This document shows, one piece after another, positions 62,404-64,000 of a stretch of 64,000 nucleotides of DNA. Positions within the stretch are counted from its first letter, which is position 1. Each line of letters opens with the position of its first letter. The DNA lies in the NCBI GenBank assembly GCA_016618085.1, contig JABLTG010000114.1, forward strand, positions 1 through 64,000, given 5' to 3'. A program made the translations under genes and the position numbers. Origin of the DNA: Neovahlkampfia damariscottae. Taxonomy: Eukaryota. The notes under the pieces are model-generated. The model ran no database searches. It saw nothing but the letters and a program-made list of their open reading frames with translations, and had not been told where the DNA came from.

Positions 62404-62994
62404 TTAATACTTTCCTTGTTTTTTTAATCCATCAAAAACTTTTGATTTTTCTGATTTCATTTGTGATTTAAGAACTTTTGTTGCTTCTAAAATTGAACCA
62501 ACAACTTTATGACGAAGTGAGTCCACTTCTTTTTTAGCTTTTTTATATAAATTATGTACTTTGAGTGTAATAGCTCTGAGGAATTTTCCTATACTTGAAA
62601 CACCTTTTCCTGCGAGTTTTTTGAAGGATTTTACTGTTCTTTTGACTTTGGATGCGAATGATTTACCAGCTTTTTTGGCAGCAGATGCGGCTTTCTTTGC
62701 TGCTGCGGCTATCTTTTTTGCTCTTTTTAAGGCTGCTCTTTTAAGTCTTTTCGCTTTATCAGCTGCTCTTCTAGCTGCTCTGGAAACTGATCTTACAGCC
62801 CTTCTGAAAAATCTTCTTGCACCCCATAAAACTTGTCCTTCAAGAAGTTGAGCGTCTTCTAAATCACCAACATTTTGAAGGTATTCATCTTCTTCTAATT
62901 TTTCAGCTGATAAATCAGATTCTTGAGCAATAGTGGATCCAACAAAAAATAAAATAATGAAAAGAGTTGCGAACAACAAGTACGACTTTCTCAT
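62404..62994 (-). CDS. Secreted protein: signal + acidic pro-region + cationic helical domain
   Basis: MRKSYLLFATLFIILFFVGSTIA; EKLEEDEY; WGARRFFRRAVRSVSRAARRA. Confidence 0.7.
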   Translation of the reverse strand: MRKSYLLFATLFIILFFVGSTIAQESDLSAEKLEEDEYLQNVGDLEDAQLLEGQVLWGARRFFRRAVRSVSRAARRAADKAKRLKRAALKRAKKIAAAAKKAASAAKKAGKSFASKVKRTVKSFKKLAGKGVSSIGKFLRAITLKVHNLYKKAKKEVDSLRHKVVGSILEATKVLKSQMKSEKSKVFDGLKKQGKY

Positions 62995-63058
62995 TTTAGT
63001 CTGTTTTAAATGATTGGTTGGTCAGAAATAGACAAATCAATTTGCTTTTGGAAAAAGA

Positions 63059-64000
63059 ATGAAGTTTTTTTTAGCTGTGCTCTTAGTACTCATCGTTTTT
63101 GCCCAAGCAGCAATAAAACCAGAAACCCACAAGAAAGAATTTGATGCTGCATTGAAAAAGTTCAGTCCAATTATTTATATTCATAAAAATGAAAAATTCT
63201 TTCCAACTCCTTTAGATCACAGTTGCAAAAACACTTTTACAAATGTACCAAATTCTGAACTTTTGAAAAAATCAACAAAAGTACATTTAGATAACTATGG
63301 CTACCGTAAATTTGACAACAACGCACCTTTGTATGTAAAAGTAAAACAATCCAAACATGATAAGAACAAATGGTGGTTTATTTATGCTATTTGGCAAGCT
63401 TTTAATGATTGTGGCCCAGATGCTAGACTTACAGCTACTATTGGAGGAATTGGTCTAAAAAACGATAAAATTCCACTTTGTCCTGGAGGTGTACATGAAG
63501 GTGATTGGGAACATGTCACTGTAGAAGTTGATTCAACATTATCAACTATTTCAAGAGTTTATATTGCTTATCATTCATTTGGAAGATGGTATAAACCTTC
63601 ACAACTTCATATGGAAGCTGGTCATCCAACTGCTTATATGGCAAAAGGTTCTCATGCTTTATACAGAAAACCTGGTGCAGTTAAATACATGGAACTCTTT
63701 AAAGAAAAAACTTCTCAAAAAATTCTTCCATGGTAAAGAAATACAAACTTTAACTTTTAAAGTGGAATTAAACTTTGTAAAAAAAGTATTCCTTGTAATG
63801 TAAAATTCTGTTCCAAAAAATATTGGGGTGTCAAAGTTTATTACCCTTGTGGAATTAAAAAATGTTCAAAAAAAATTCCTTGGTAACAAATACAAAAAGT
63901 TACTAAATTTATTTCAAAGTGGAGTTAAATTATGTAATCTTCGTTTAGAAACAAGTGGATATTTTCAAGATTATCCACCAAAAAGTCGTTCTTCAAAACA
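63059..64000 (+). CDS. Secreted Vps62-like protein with Cys/Lys-rich repeats; runs off the window
   Basis: Signal peptide; FSPIIYIHKNEKFFP; GVHEGDWEHVTV; PTAYMAKGSHALY. Confidence 0.7.

Overview
This is very AT-rich, gene-dense eukaryotic nuclear DNA using the standard genetic code. It holds about 52 protein-coding genes interrupted by tiny GT-AG introns (mostly 30-45 nt). Intergenic gaps are often only 3-60 nt, and CCAAT boxes lie just upstream of most start codons. Gene content (COQ6, HemW, PEX4, ARPC4, Rac, DUF4116 repeats, RLPH-type phosphatase) suggests an aerobic amoeboid protist, plausibly heterolobosean; this is an inference. The standout element is a 552-aa VMA1/PI-SceI-like intein with a LAGLIDADG homing endonuclease (13113-14768). 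It sits in frame inside the first NF-X1 zinc finger (CHPGV|CPEC) of an NFX1/Fap1-type RING E3 ligase gene and carries an extra ~100-aa HTH-like insert. A decayed copy of a paralogous zinc-finger site lies 500 nt downstream of the gene. Other notable items: three back-to-back introns with zero-length exons in an N-truncated NMD3 paralog; a 3-nt microexon in a STE20 kinase; an ASCC1-like KH domain fused to DUF4326; a pseudokinase with 11 RFx[VI] motifs; and a membrane-anchored eEF1B-gamma-like protein. No tRNA, rRNA or CRISPR array was recognised. Gene models were spliced by eye, so some boundaries are approximate.
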